This document shows, in pieces, positions 9,733-19,667 of a stretch of DNA of 20,743 bases (the first letter of the stretch is position 1; every line of letters starts with the position of its first letter). The notes under the pieces were generated by a model that saw nothing but the letters and a program-made list of their open reading frames with translations, searched no databases and was not told the origin of the DNA. Source of the DNA: Priapulus caudatus (Eukaryota); NCBI RefSeq assembly GCF_000485595.1, contig NW_014577061.1, positions 1,264,789 to 1,285,531 of the forward strand, in the 5' to 3' direction. A program made the position numbers and the translations under genes.

Positions 9733-9809
9733 GTATTAGTAATAGTAGTATTAGTATTAGTATTAGTATTAGTATTAGTATTAATATTAGTATTAGTATT
9801 ATTATTAGT
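9733..9809. repeat. (TAGTAT)n hexanucleotide microsatellite
   Basis: gtattagtattagtattag... Confidence 0.95.
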
Positions 9810-10631
9810 GGTTGGGGGAGGTGTCTGTGACGGCGTCAGCGGCAGCAAAGGCGGTAGCGGCGGCGACAACAGCAGCAGCAGAAACAACAACAGCAACAGA
9901 CATACGATGAAAATAAAGGCGATTGTCCTCTGCTATGGCTAAACAGCCTGCGTCCACACACGCCACGTGCGTGCGTGCGTGTGTACGTGGACGTTTCGGA
10001 AATTGGTGAGAAAATCCAGTTTTCGTTCAATTGTGTACACGCATCGCAGCAGGTGCTTGGCTAACTAAAAAAAAACTATAAACTCGGCTATGATGGCAGC
10101 AGTCGGTGCGACAATGAACTCAGTATGGAAGGTTAGCATGATTGTATGTCTTGAAAAATGCGAATGTTTGCAATACCTTCACAGATGAGGAATGATGACG
10201 GATAGTGTTACTGATTGATGACAAATACGTCGTCGTTGTGAGAATGCGGTAGTTGCGATGACTGTGTAAAACAAGGGTAAAGCAAGCACACATTCTTGGT
10301 TGAAGTGTAAGAATTGAAATAAGTCACTGCAGGTATTTGAGGTGGGGCGTGCAGGTACATCACCCGTTAGACGTGGATATTTTAGGAAAGACGTGAATGC
10401 AGTTTGACGTACACACGTCGGTATTCAAGCTGAGACGTGTAGGCATCGTTAGGTGATCGTGCGCTGTATATCACATGTATAGCATTGAGCCCAGCAGGTA
10501 TTTTAAGTGAAACGTATTAATAACTCATCTTTACTTTCACTAGAAACATAAAAACTTTCGTGTTCAGGATGTTTATTGCAAAATATGATGATTGCACGTA
10601 ACGATTACCAGAGCCGGAGTTACGGTTTGCG

Positions 10632-10671
10632 ATAGAGTAATAGAGTAATAGAGTAATAGAGTAATAGAGTA
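10632..10671. repeat. (ATAGAGTA)5 octamer tandem repeat
   Basis: Five exact copies, followed by a partial inverted copy ctctatta. Confidence 0.95.
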
Positions 10672-12704
10672 AACCTCTATTATGTACTCTTGATATATAT
10701 ATATATATACTCTTGCGTCATCCATGTGAGTTTCCATGAGCTATTGCACAGTTGACCGTTTGGAAAGGTATTAATTCCACGCGCTTTTTAGGGGGGAGAG
10801 GTGGCAGATTCAGAGTGAGCCAAGATATAGAATGCACAAATAATATACAATGTCTGCTTATACGAGGTGGCATAGTATGTAATTATATATAGGGAAATGA
10901 CATTTCATATAGCACTAAAATTACACGAGTTCTATATAATAATACATTACATCTGTATAATACGGTACTTATTAGAAAATTACAATATATATATATATTT
11001 ATATTTGTATATATTATTGAAATGGTAACTAAGAATTGCTGCTCAGAAAGGCCACAGAATCATGGTAGGTAGAGCGTCGATGAGCAGGCACGGGGCATAC
11101 GCGCATTCGATTACACCGTTCGTACCCAGTTGGTCACAACGCAACACCCAACACTGATATATGTTGACTATAATATACATAAATAACCATAGTTCCCGCA
11201 TAACAATACTTGTACGTAGACACTATATACGTGCAGACTGATTAGACTACACGATTAGATTAAGATTACGTTACAGGTAAAAGAACACGCAAAATAACAA
11301 ACCACGCACGGAAAGAACACGCTAGGTAATAAAATATCAAAAGTGAATTAAAAACACGGTTTGTTTTTGTAACTTCTTGAAATATCAATAACCGATGATC
11401 AATCAATGACGTGATGAGCCGATCTGCCTTCGAGAATAGGTAAGGTAACGGAACACGAATGGTGACGCAGCGCGTGCGTTAAACGCAGATTGGCGATCAC
11501 AGATGACGTGGGGTCACATGCTGCGTACCTCACCGAATCACGTAAAGCACCAGGGGCCCGATATCAAAAACATCATAAATAATTATGACCATCACAAGAG
11601 AACTCGTCGGTATGGTAACAAACTACGCATGATGTTAGATACAGGGACGAAGGGCGACGCGTGGAACGCTGTCCACAGCAGCCGTCGGCGACGCTACACC
11701 GACAGCGCAAAGAGTTCATAGCTTTCCTGCTTACCCCATCCCGATTTCCACACGCGATACGTGCCGGATAAGAATAGAAATTCTTCCCAGAAATTATCCC
11801 GCGGAAATACGTGTGAGGACACAATGATAGCAGAGCCTGCAGGAATGCGAGAGAGGACCGTCTATACGCAGCGCGACAGCTACGAGTATTACCCCGTCAC
11901 AATGCGGTCCGTCGTTATTGCGAGCGGCACCGCGTGAAACCCCACACTGGCAATATCTCGTAGCTATATTGCGGAGATTACGGAATTCGGCCTAACACAA
12001 TACGAAAACAACGTGGACGCTCGGCCGCGGGAGAATGGCCGCGAAAACCATTAGGAAAGGATGGCAAGAATGCGGTAAACTCTTTCCATTAGTTCGTCGG
12101 CTGTATCTGACAGGGAGCGGCGATCATGAATGGTGCGGTGCCGGGTCGTACACGTGCGCGCGCAGTTTTGGCGGGAAACCCAAAGAATCAGCCGAGCGAC
12201 AGTCGAGTGCGCGCCTACGCAACGCTACTGCAAGCGTTCGGCACACGAAGGTGGAGGAATCGCTAGCGATGATCCTAAGCTGGGTGCGACTTGTTCTCAT
12301 CTCCGATTAGGCTTGCGGCGCGGTCAAGCTTGGCATGTATTGCCAAAACATATGAGGGAGGGGGTGAAGTTTGCGAATCGCAAAGGCTAACAAAGGCTGC
12401 TCGAAACTTCGACGGAAATATGCAGACTATGCGCAAATCCTTCCAGACGATTTGTGCGACTGTGTGAAATATATAACGCGATGGTATTCTACGGAAATAT
12501 GCGTTGGAGCATATAAATATACGCACGCACGTACACGCCGCGTGCACGCATGCGCGCGGACGGCGAACACACGCAGCGCATGAGCATACCGGAAGTTAAT
12601 AGTCAGCTCTGTAATTTGTTACTAATGCACTTTCGTTCAAGACGTAACAAGCACACGCTATTTTTTGCACCATGCAGAAAGAGGTGTGTGTCTGCGCACG
12701 CGTG

Positions 12705-12746
12705 GGCGCGTGTGTGCGCGCGTGTGTGTGTGTGTGCGTGTGTGTG

Positions 12747-12826
<80 letters not shown>

Positions 12827-13321
12827 TGTNNNNNNNNNNNNNNNNNNNNNNNNNNNNNNNNNNNNNNNNNNNNNNNNNNNNNNNNNNNNNNNNNNNNNNN
12901 NNNNNNNNNNNNNNNNNNNNNNNNNNNNNNNNNNNNNNNNNNNNNNNNNNNNNNNNNNNNNNNNNNNNNNNNNNNNNNNNNNNNNNNNNNNNNNNNNNNN
13001 NNNNNNNNNNNNNNNNNNNNNNNNNNNNNNNNNNNNNNNNNNNNNNNNNNNNNNNNNNNNNNNNNNNNNNNNNNNNNNNNNNNNNNNNNNNNNNNNNNNN
13101 NNNNNNNNNNNNNNNNNNNNNNNNNNNNNNNNNNNNNNNNNNNNNNNNNNNNNNNNNNNNNNNNNNNNNNNNNNNNNNNNNNNNNNNNNNNNNNNNNNNN
13201 NNNNNNNNNNNNNNNNNNNNNNNNNNNNNNNNNNNNNNNNNNNNNNNNNNNNNNNNNNNNNNNNNNNNNNNNNNNNNNNNNNNNNNNNNNNNNNNNNNGC
13301 GTGTGTATATATTATGTGTGT

Positions 13322-13410
<89 letters not shown>

Positions 13411-13418
13411 TGTGTGTG
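12705..13418. repeat. (GT)n microsatellite on both sides of the assembly gap
   Basis: GT runs at ~12705-12829 and 13299-13418. Confidence 0.95.
12830..13298. other. Assembly gap (469 N)
   Basis: Run of N. Confidence 1.
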
Positions 13419-13698
13419 GCGGATGGGGGAGGGTTTGATCGAGTAAGGGATGAGTAAGCGTACACAGCCTGGCACTCGCGAGGTCAAGGTGTCGTAAGGG
13501 TAGGCGACCGAAGGAAGTCGTACATTTCTTTGTCGAGGCGATGACAGAAGCGCCGCGGGCCACGGCGCAGCTAGTGGCCGCTGCCGTAGTCTCGTGGGTC
13601 GGTAGCGCCGCTGCCGCCCACGCACACGCGCCCACGCTCAACCCGCGGCGCACCTCGTACGCATGCCGCGCATTTTTTCTGGGTGATTTCACCGGTGC

Positions 13699-13903
13699 GC
13701 TGCTACTGCTGCTGCTGCTGATGATGATGTTGCTGCTGCTGCTGCTGCTGCTGCTACTACTGCTGCTGCTGATGTTGCTGCTGCTGCTGCTACTGCTGCT
13801 GCTGCTACTGCTGCTACTGCTGCTACTGCTGCTGCGGCTGTTACTGCTACTGCTGCTACTGCTACTGCTGCTTCTGGTGCTATTGCTGCTGCTACTGCTG
13901 CTG
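13699..13903. repeat. Interrupted (CTG/CTA)n trinucleotide tract, ~68 units
   Basis: ctgctactgctgctgctgctgatgatg... Confidence 0.97.
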
Positions 13904-14862
13904 TCACTAGCGGTGACTGCGACCCCGATCTAGTACGGTGGCCCAAATGGTTATTAAATTCTTCACCAACGGGCTGGGGACATGCTTATCAGTAACTCGT
14001 TGCTTGATGCGATATAGCTAGGGATAATATAATATGATTAGGAGATATATGATACCTATTTGGGCCACCGCGGCGGAGACCGGTGAATCGGTGGCAGCTA
14101 TGCCACGTGTAGCCGATAGCACGGAAAAGACAGAAATACTCGGAGGTTTCCTATCAATGCGCGTCAATTTTAGACCGATCATAAGTGTTGTTCCTGCTGA
14201 AATAACTGAGCCCGGGACTCTAAACACGGCTCTAAAGGAGGTTGGGGCCGGCATTGACCCCGATTATTAGCCTGTAGGAAGAGCAGCGGCAGCGGCAGTG
14301 GCGGCGGCGGCGGTGCAGGCCGTCACACGCTGAACGTACGGAGCGATATAAACGCAGACCGTATACCGTCAACGATAAACTAGCCGTAAATTAAGCCACC
14401 AAGCATGAGGCATGCGCGGAGACACGGCAGCCTGATTTGCCGAACGTGCGCGAGCACAATGCAAACATTTCACGCGTCACGACAAACATGTAACCGCTTT
14501 ATAGTAACCGCCTCTCCAATCGTATAAGCGATTGTCAGTATATGCGCGAAGCACGTAACAACAGTGTTAGTAAACATTTTTAGCCGAGGCTTCGGCGCAC
14601 TTATTGGAACAATCATGTAGAAATATAAGTCGACAGTAGCTAGAATGAAACGAGTCTTTCACCCATATAACGACGGCACAACTGCTATACTAGCGGCTGC
14701 GATTTCTTTCTTATAATGCTGTTTATATATTGAAAACAGCGCATGAACGAACATAATTGTTTAAAATCACAGGATAAAATCGTAACATAACTGGAGTAAA
14801 TTAATGATATGTAATAATCGCAAAAGAATACTGTATCATAACAGGAATAGCAGCACCATAAC

Positions 14863-14902
14863 GCATAGCAACCGCCCTAGCCAGCTGGGGAGGTTGCTAT
14901 GC
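14863..14902. repeat. 40-nt inverted repeat / hairpin
   Basis: gcatagcaacc ... ggttgctatgc perfect 11-bp arms, one mismatch, then inner ccctag/ctgggg pairing and a 4-nt loop. Confidence 0.85.
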
Positions 14903-15376
14903 ACGTACGCGCTGCAACATACGAACGAAATTGCAATCACACACAATATTTACTTGATAATATAAATTATAGTCGTGAATATTTGGTATTGGAACACAAC
15001 ATAGATCGGTTCACTGCACAAATCGGCGCAGATTACATCCTTCTGGTCTGGATAACGCTCGGTGTCATCAATTCGAAAACTCTATCTAACATTGTCGAAT
15101 ATACGCGAATTCTTGTAATCTCTTTGCATTGAATGCATCGCTTTCACCTGTATGTCACTCCAAATGACAGTAGACACGGTGAGTTCCTTCATTACTTCAT
15201 TATCACAGATTATACCAGATATGACTCTGCATCACCGACATGACTAATAACCATAGCTAACTATTAAATACAAACCAACTACAATTTTATATATATATAT
15301 ATATAAACCAGCGTCCAAATATACCATTTTGCAGGTTTTGAATAACTCGACAGTGAAATCTTCAGTATACTATTCT

Positions 15377-15424
15377 GCTGAGTGGTAATGGATGTATATA
15401 GGGCCTACTCCATTACCACTCAGC
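15377..15424. repeat. Perfect 16-bp inverted repeat with 16-nt spacer (hairpin)
   Basis: gctgagtggtaatgga (15377-15392) / tccattaccactcagc (15409-15424). Confidence 0.92.
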
Positions 15425-17300
15425 GGTTACCATAATATAGTGTTGCTGTTTCTGCATAAAGCCGCCCGAAAACAAGGGCCATCTAAGAACAGCAGCATAG
15501 TATTTACCTCTGCATCCTCCGATAGCAGTCTAATGATGAAACATTAGAGCACGCATTTCAATGTCAAAACAGCCCTCGCTTCGAAGCGTGGACACACGAT
15601 CCATTTGTATAAAGCCGATGCGCTCAATAAGCCTCCTTTGTTCGTGAGTGAAGGATAAATTCCACGAAGCGAATAAGACACCGGAGAATGATTGAGAGTA
15701 GATTGACGGACCCGCTAATCATTGGTGCTTGCAGATTAATGTCCGACTGTTGCCTTTGAGCCTGTAAATGCAACGACACTGTTAGAACCTTAGAGAGCAC
15801 AATGTGATCTAAGACGATGAGCTAGGCGTTGAACATTTACATTTTAGGGAGATTCATCGGTTTATGATTTTTGCAACATAATCACGATTTGAGTCTATAT
15901 TCCTCACGTTATACGACAATGCGACGGTGATTTGTCAAAAACGCCATTTCTCCATAGGCATCGGACACGTCAGTGATATGACGTACTAGCTGGTGTGTTT
16001 TCATGATGTTTGGGAAGGAAAGCGTTTGTTTCGCAGTGGAGACACGCGCGAGGAAGGGAGCAAGATTTGTTTCACAACGGTGGTGCAGGCGTTGGAGACA
16101 GTCTGAGATGTTATGTCTATAAGCGACCTGTAATACTAAGCTGCAATTTCATCGTCGTCTCACATATCCCACGCCTGCCCTAGCGGCTCCGGTTTCTTTT
16201 TGCGACGTAAGTGAGACCAATGACTTGCTGAATGGTGCAGAATTTATCCACGAGGAGGAAGTGAGGAGAACGAAACACACGGCGTGAGGAAAACGAAGCA
16301 GCGGTGATGGAGGTGGATGAGGAAAGGGTATGAGAGTAGATGGGTAAATGAAATTGAAAGTATTTGGCAGGGAGACGGTATGGGAATAGCAGATGATAGA
16401 GGTGATGGCGGTGTCTCATGATGGAGACAATTAAATTAAATTAAATTAAATTTTATATATAAATAAATAAATAAATATATATATATATATATATATATAA
16501 ATTCTAATTAAAATTTAAGAAAAGTCGATAGTTAACATCGTCGTGCCGTGTGATAGAAAAACAATGTTGTGGGCGTAGAAGTCAGTAGAGCTGATGAGGT
16601 CACCGAATGAGAAAGAGGGCGTATGTACTCCCTATGGAAAAAAGGAGATTAGAGAGCATCTCTATCTACACCGACTCCTCGCTTCCCGACGCTCCGGAAA
16701 GCACGACTTCCGCCCAACTGTCTGTCATCTCACGGCGGCATGTGTGCGCCGGGTTGGATTTCTTTTCGCGCTGCACGTATAAGGTTGAGTCACTCTCTAA
16801 CAGCTGCATATCGGACTCCCGTAGGTCTAATCATCGTAGCCCCGTCTGATCGTCAGCCCTTCGCTCCGATTTAAATAGTTGACCTCGTACTCGGTAACCT
16901 ATAAGCACGCCGGTCTCTCGCGACGTCGGTCATAGAATCGAAAGTTCGCGCCCAGCCCAAAAGGAGATGATATTTCCTTCTCACACCCCCTCCTTCCTTC
17001 CGCGGCACGCGGGAGGCGGTCATCGCGGTGTGCGGGGGAACCCTCGCGTGGACGATGATGATGACTCATGCGATGCGTCGGTGGGGGGGTGTGTGTGTGT
17101 ACGTGGCGGGATCGCTGCCCGCCACATGTTTTACGGGAGCGCGCGCTCGCAGTGAGTCACACCGCTCACTACTAGCTTACGCGCGCCGTTCTCTGGTGGG
17201 AGGTCAGGTAGTTTTACACGATGGGCCTGGCCGTGCCCATCCCGAGGCGTGCGGGGCGCTTGCACGCGGTGGGGGGGGGGATGCGTCGCAACAGTGTTGG

Positions 17301-17545
17301 CAGGGCCGTAGCCTGTGTAGGGCAAGAGGGGCAGCTGCCCCCCTAGCTTTTGGAGCAAAATAAAAAAAAGCTGAGCTAATAATCGTAAATAATTTTGGGG
17401 TCACTTATCCGTGAAAGCCTTGTCTCAGACCCACCTCTACCACACTATGAACGTCGATCAAGAGCTGAACACTGAACACTCGCTCATCATTACACAGTTG
17501 AGTCATTAAATTTTGCCCCCCCCCCAAGAATCTGCTACGGCCCTG
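17301..17545. mobile_element. 245-bp MITE with 12-bp TIR CAGGGCCGTAGC and 5-bp TSD GTTGG (hAT-like termini)
   Basis: cagggccgtagc at 17301; gctacggccctg ending 17545; gttgg at 17296-17300 and 17546-17550; subterminal ggggca/tgcccc motifs. Confidence 0.88.
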
Positions 17546-17688
17546 GTTGGTGATGCGCAGCTTGCGCTACGCGATGCATCATAGCCTGGCTTCACTATAC
17601 GCTATAAATTCCGCTGTGAAACTAACGAATTTTTCCTTCCGAAATTAAACACATCTCGCGATCGACTCACACCCGGAAGCTTGCCAGT

Positions 17689-17996
17689 TACCCGCACTGG
17701 TTGATGCTTAATGAGTCAAGCTGCAGTTCGGTATAGCGTTGTTAATGTGCTACCCGCACTGGTTTATGCTTAGTGAGTCAATCCGCAGTTCGGTATAGCG
17801 TTGTTAACATGCTACCCGCACTGGTTTATGCTTAGCAAAGTCAAGCTGCAGTTCGGTATATAGCGTTGTTAACATGCTATCCGCACTGGTTTATGCTTAG
17901 TGAGTCAATCCGCAGTTCGGTATATATAGCGTTCCTAATGTGCTACCCGCACTGGTTTATGCACCGCAACTGTATGGCTCGGTTTAGCGTTGCTAT
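17689..17996. repeat. 62-66-bp tandem array, 4 full units plus a degenerate fifth
   Basis: Units tacccgcactggtttatgcttagtgagtcaa...cggtatagcgttgttaa start at 17689, 17751, 17813, 17878, 17944. Confidence 0.96.
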
Positions 17997-18354
17997 TGTT
18001 GTATCGTAGGGCTGCGGGCTAATTAGGGCTTTGCGACTAATTGTCTAAATTTCTAACTCTAGCTAGTTATTGTTGTTATTGAAATGTAACCCACCGCGAG
18101 CACCCTAACCCCATAGACACAAACGGTGATTGGCCGGGGGTAGGATTGAAATGTCGCTGGGCGGTTTTCGGAAACATATAAATAGACACGGACGAAAGAT
18201 CAAAAAGTTACCTACCCAGAAGACGTACGTGAGTACGGACTTTCCTATCAAGATGTAGCGGACCAAGTCGAAACACGGGGCTTTAAGTTTAAAGATAGAA
18301 GTTTAGACAATAAGTCGCAAAGCCCTAATTAGCCCGCAGCCCTACGATGCAACA
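17997..18354. mobile_element. 358-bp non-autonomous TIR element, TGT..ACA termini, ~60-bp TIRs, 4-bp TSD CTAT (Ginger-like)
   Basis: tgttgtatcgtagggctgcgggctaattagggctttgcgactaattgtctaaa vs tttagacaataagtcgcaaagccctaattagcccgcagccctacgatgcaaca (2 mismatches); ctat at 17993-17996 and 18355-18358. Confidence 0.92.
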
Positions 18355-18369
18355 CTATTGTACGCGGGC

Positions 18370-18377
18370 TATATAAG
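18370..18377 (+). promoter_or_regulatory. Candidate TATA box
   Basis: gcgggc-TATATAAG-agcggg: TATAWAAR consensus in a GC-rich context, followed by leader-like sequence; no transcript evidence. Confidence 0.4.
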
Positions 18378-18687
18378 AGCGGGTTTCGCGCCAGCATCGT
18401 TAGGTGAGAAGTGCTCACCGATCATTCGTGCTCGGCTCTCCTGTCTGCCTCCTCCTGCTGGCATTGCCGATGTCGTTCCTCCATCGACCTCAGCCGTTCG
18501 CTCTGTCTGTCCAGCTGTTCCTGCAGCCGGGCCGCTTCCGCCTGCAAGAGACGATAACATCGACAGTCAACAACGACTAACACATCACGCTGAACTCCTC
18601 ATGCATACAGCTATTAAATTGATCATATCTCAAATAACCTCAAACAAATCGAAAACGGTTGAGAGAAAAACACGAGAAATACTCGCT

Positions 18688-18688
<1 letters not shown>

Positions 18689-18729
<41 letters not shown>

Positions 18730-18740
18730 GTAATAATAAT
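18689..18740. repeat. (ATA)n microsatellite
   Basis: ataataataata... Confidence 0.95.
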
Positions 18741-19446
18741 TATATTTTTTTAAATCCTTTCCGCGCCTATGTGGCGCATAGTTATCTCCGTTTCCTTAAC
18801 CCGAGGCTATAATACTAATATTAATATACGAATAATATACACACACATAATATATTCAACTTAATATATTATTATTATTATTATTATATTATATTATATA
18901 ACTACACCATCAGCGCACAACCTGTCTTGCACGCTGTCCCTATTCATATATGTAAATTCTCGTTTTCCTTTACTCTCTTTCTCTCCCTCCTTTACATTCT
19001 TCCCCTCACCTTCACACACGCATGCACGTTCGTACGCATGCACTTATTCAAGCTTGCACACAAGCACGTACATACGCACGTATTCTCTCTCTCCACCCCT
19101 CTCTTCATCGATCTATATGTCTGAGTAAAACATGGGGATGCCGCAAAAGAGTGAGAACGCAGATATGATTATTACAATAAGTAATGGTAAAACTAGATGT
19201 ATCTCCATTTAGCCGATTCTTTTAAATGTTTACAAAAGCAGTTTTAAATCTGTATATACGTGGGACACAATATTTATATATTGAATAATCAAACACTCCA
19301 TGCATGCTTTTACGCACTCACCAACAAGACCTACTTCGTACATGAACTCACACACGAATCAGAATCTGTCGTTGTAATTAGAATAAAAAAATATACCTAA
19401 TGTATGGCCTATATACGTGTGTAATAATGATCCAGTTACATACTGT

Positions 19447-19667
19447 CACACACACGCGCACCCACATACACACACGCACGCACGCATGCACTCACGCGCA
19501 CGCACACCCACACGCACACACGCATGCACTCACGCACGCGCACGCACACCTACCCAAACTCACGCACGCCCGCACGCACGCGCGCACACACATATGCACA
19601 CCCTTACGCACGCACGCATCCCGGTACGAATTGGCACGGACACACAAACGCACACACACGCACACAT
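19447..19667. repeat. Compound (CA)n/(GCAC)n low-complexity tract
   Basis: cacacacacgcgcacccacatacacacacgcacgcacgc... Confidence 0.9.

Noticed and set aside
9450..9896. Minus-strand ORF ending TGA-CTA as stop-codon readthrough
   Set aside because: The ORF is largely microsatellite-derived, lacks an ATG and has no coding evidence, so the readthrough context is uninformative
10443..10456. 14-bp match gcatcgttaggtga also present at 18394
   Set aside because: About one such match is expected by chance in a 20-kb self-comparison
11032..11053. Similarity to the 3' part of miR-315 (attgctgctcagaaag)
   Set aside because: The seed does not match and no complementary arm is visible
11400..12600. CpG-rich stretch with several 70-90-aa ORFs
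   Set aside because: No recognisable domain, splice pattern or terminal repeats; ORF lengths are within chance range
12550..13692. Long ORFs (257-340 aa) in the ORF track
   Set aside because: Artefacts of the (GT)n repeat and the N gap
17689..17996. 62-66-bp periodicity as CRISPR repeat plus spacer
   Set aside because: The whole unit is repeated; there are no unique spacers
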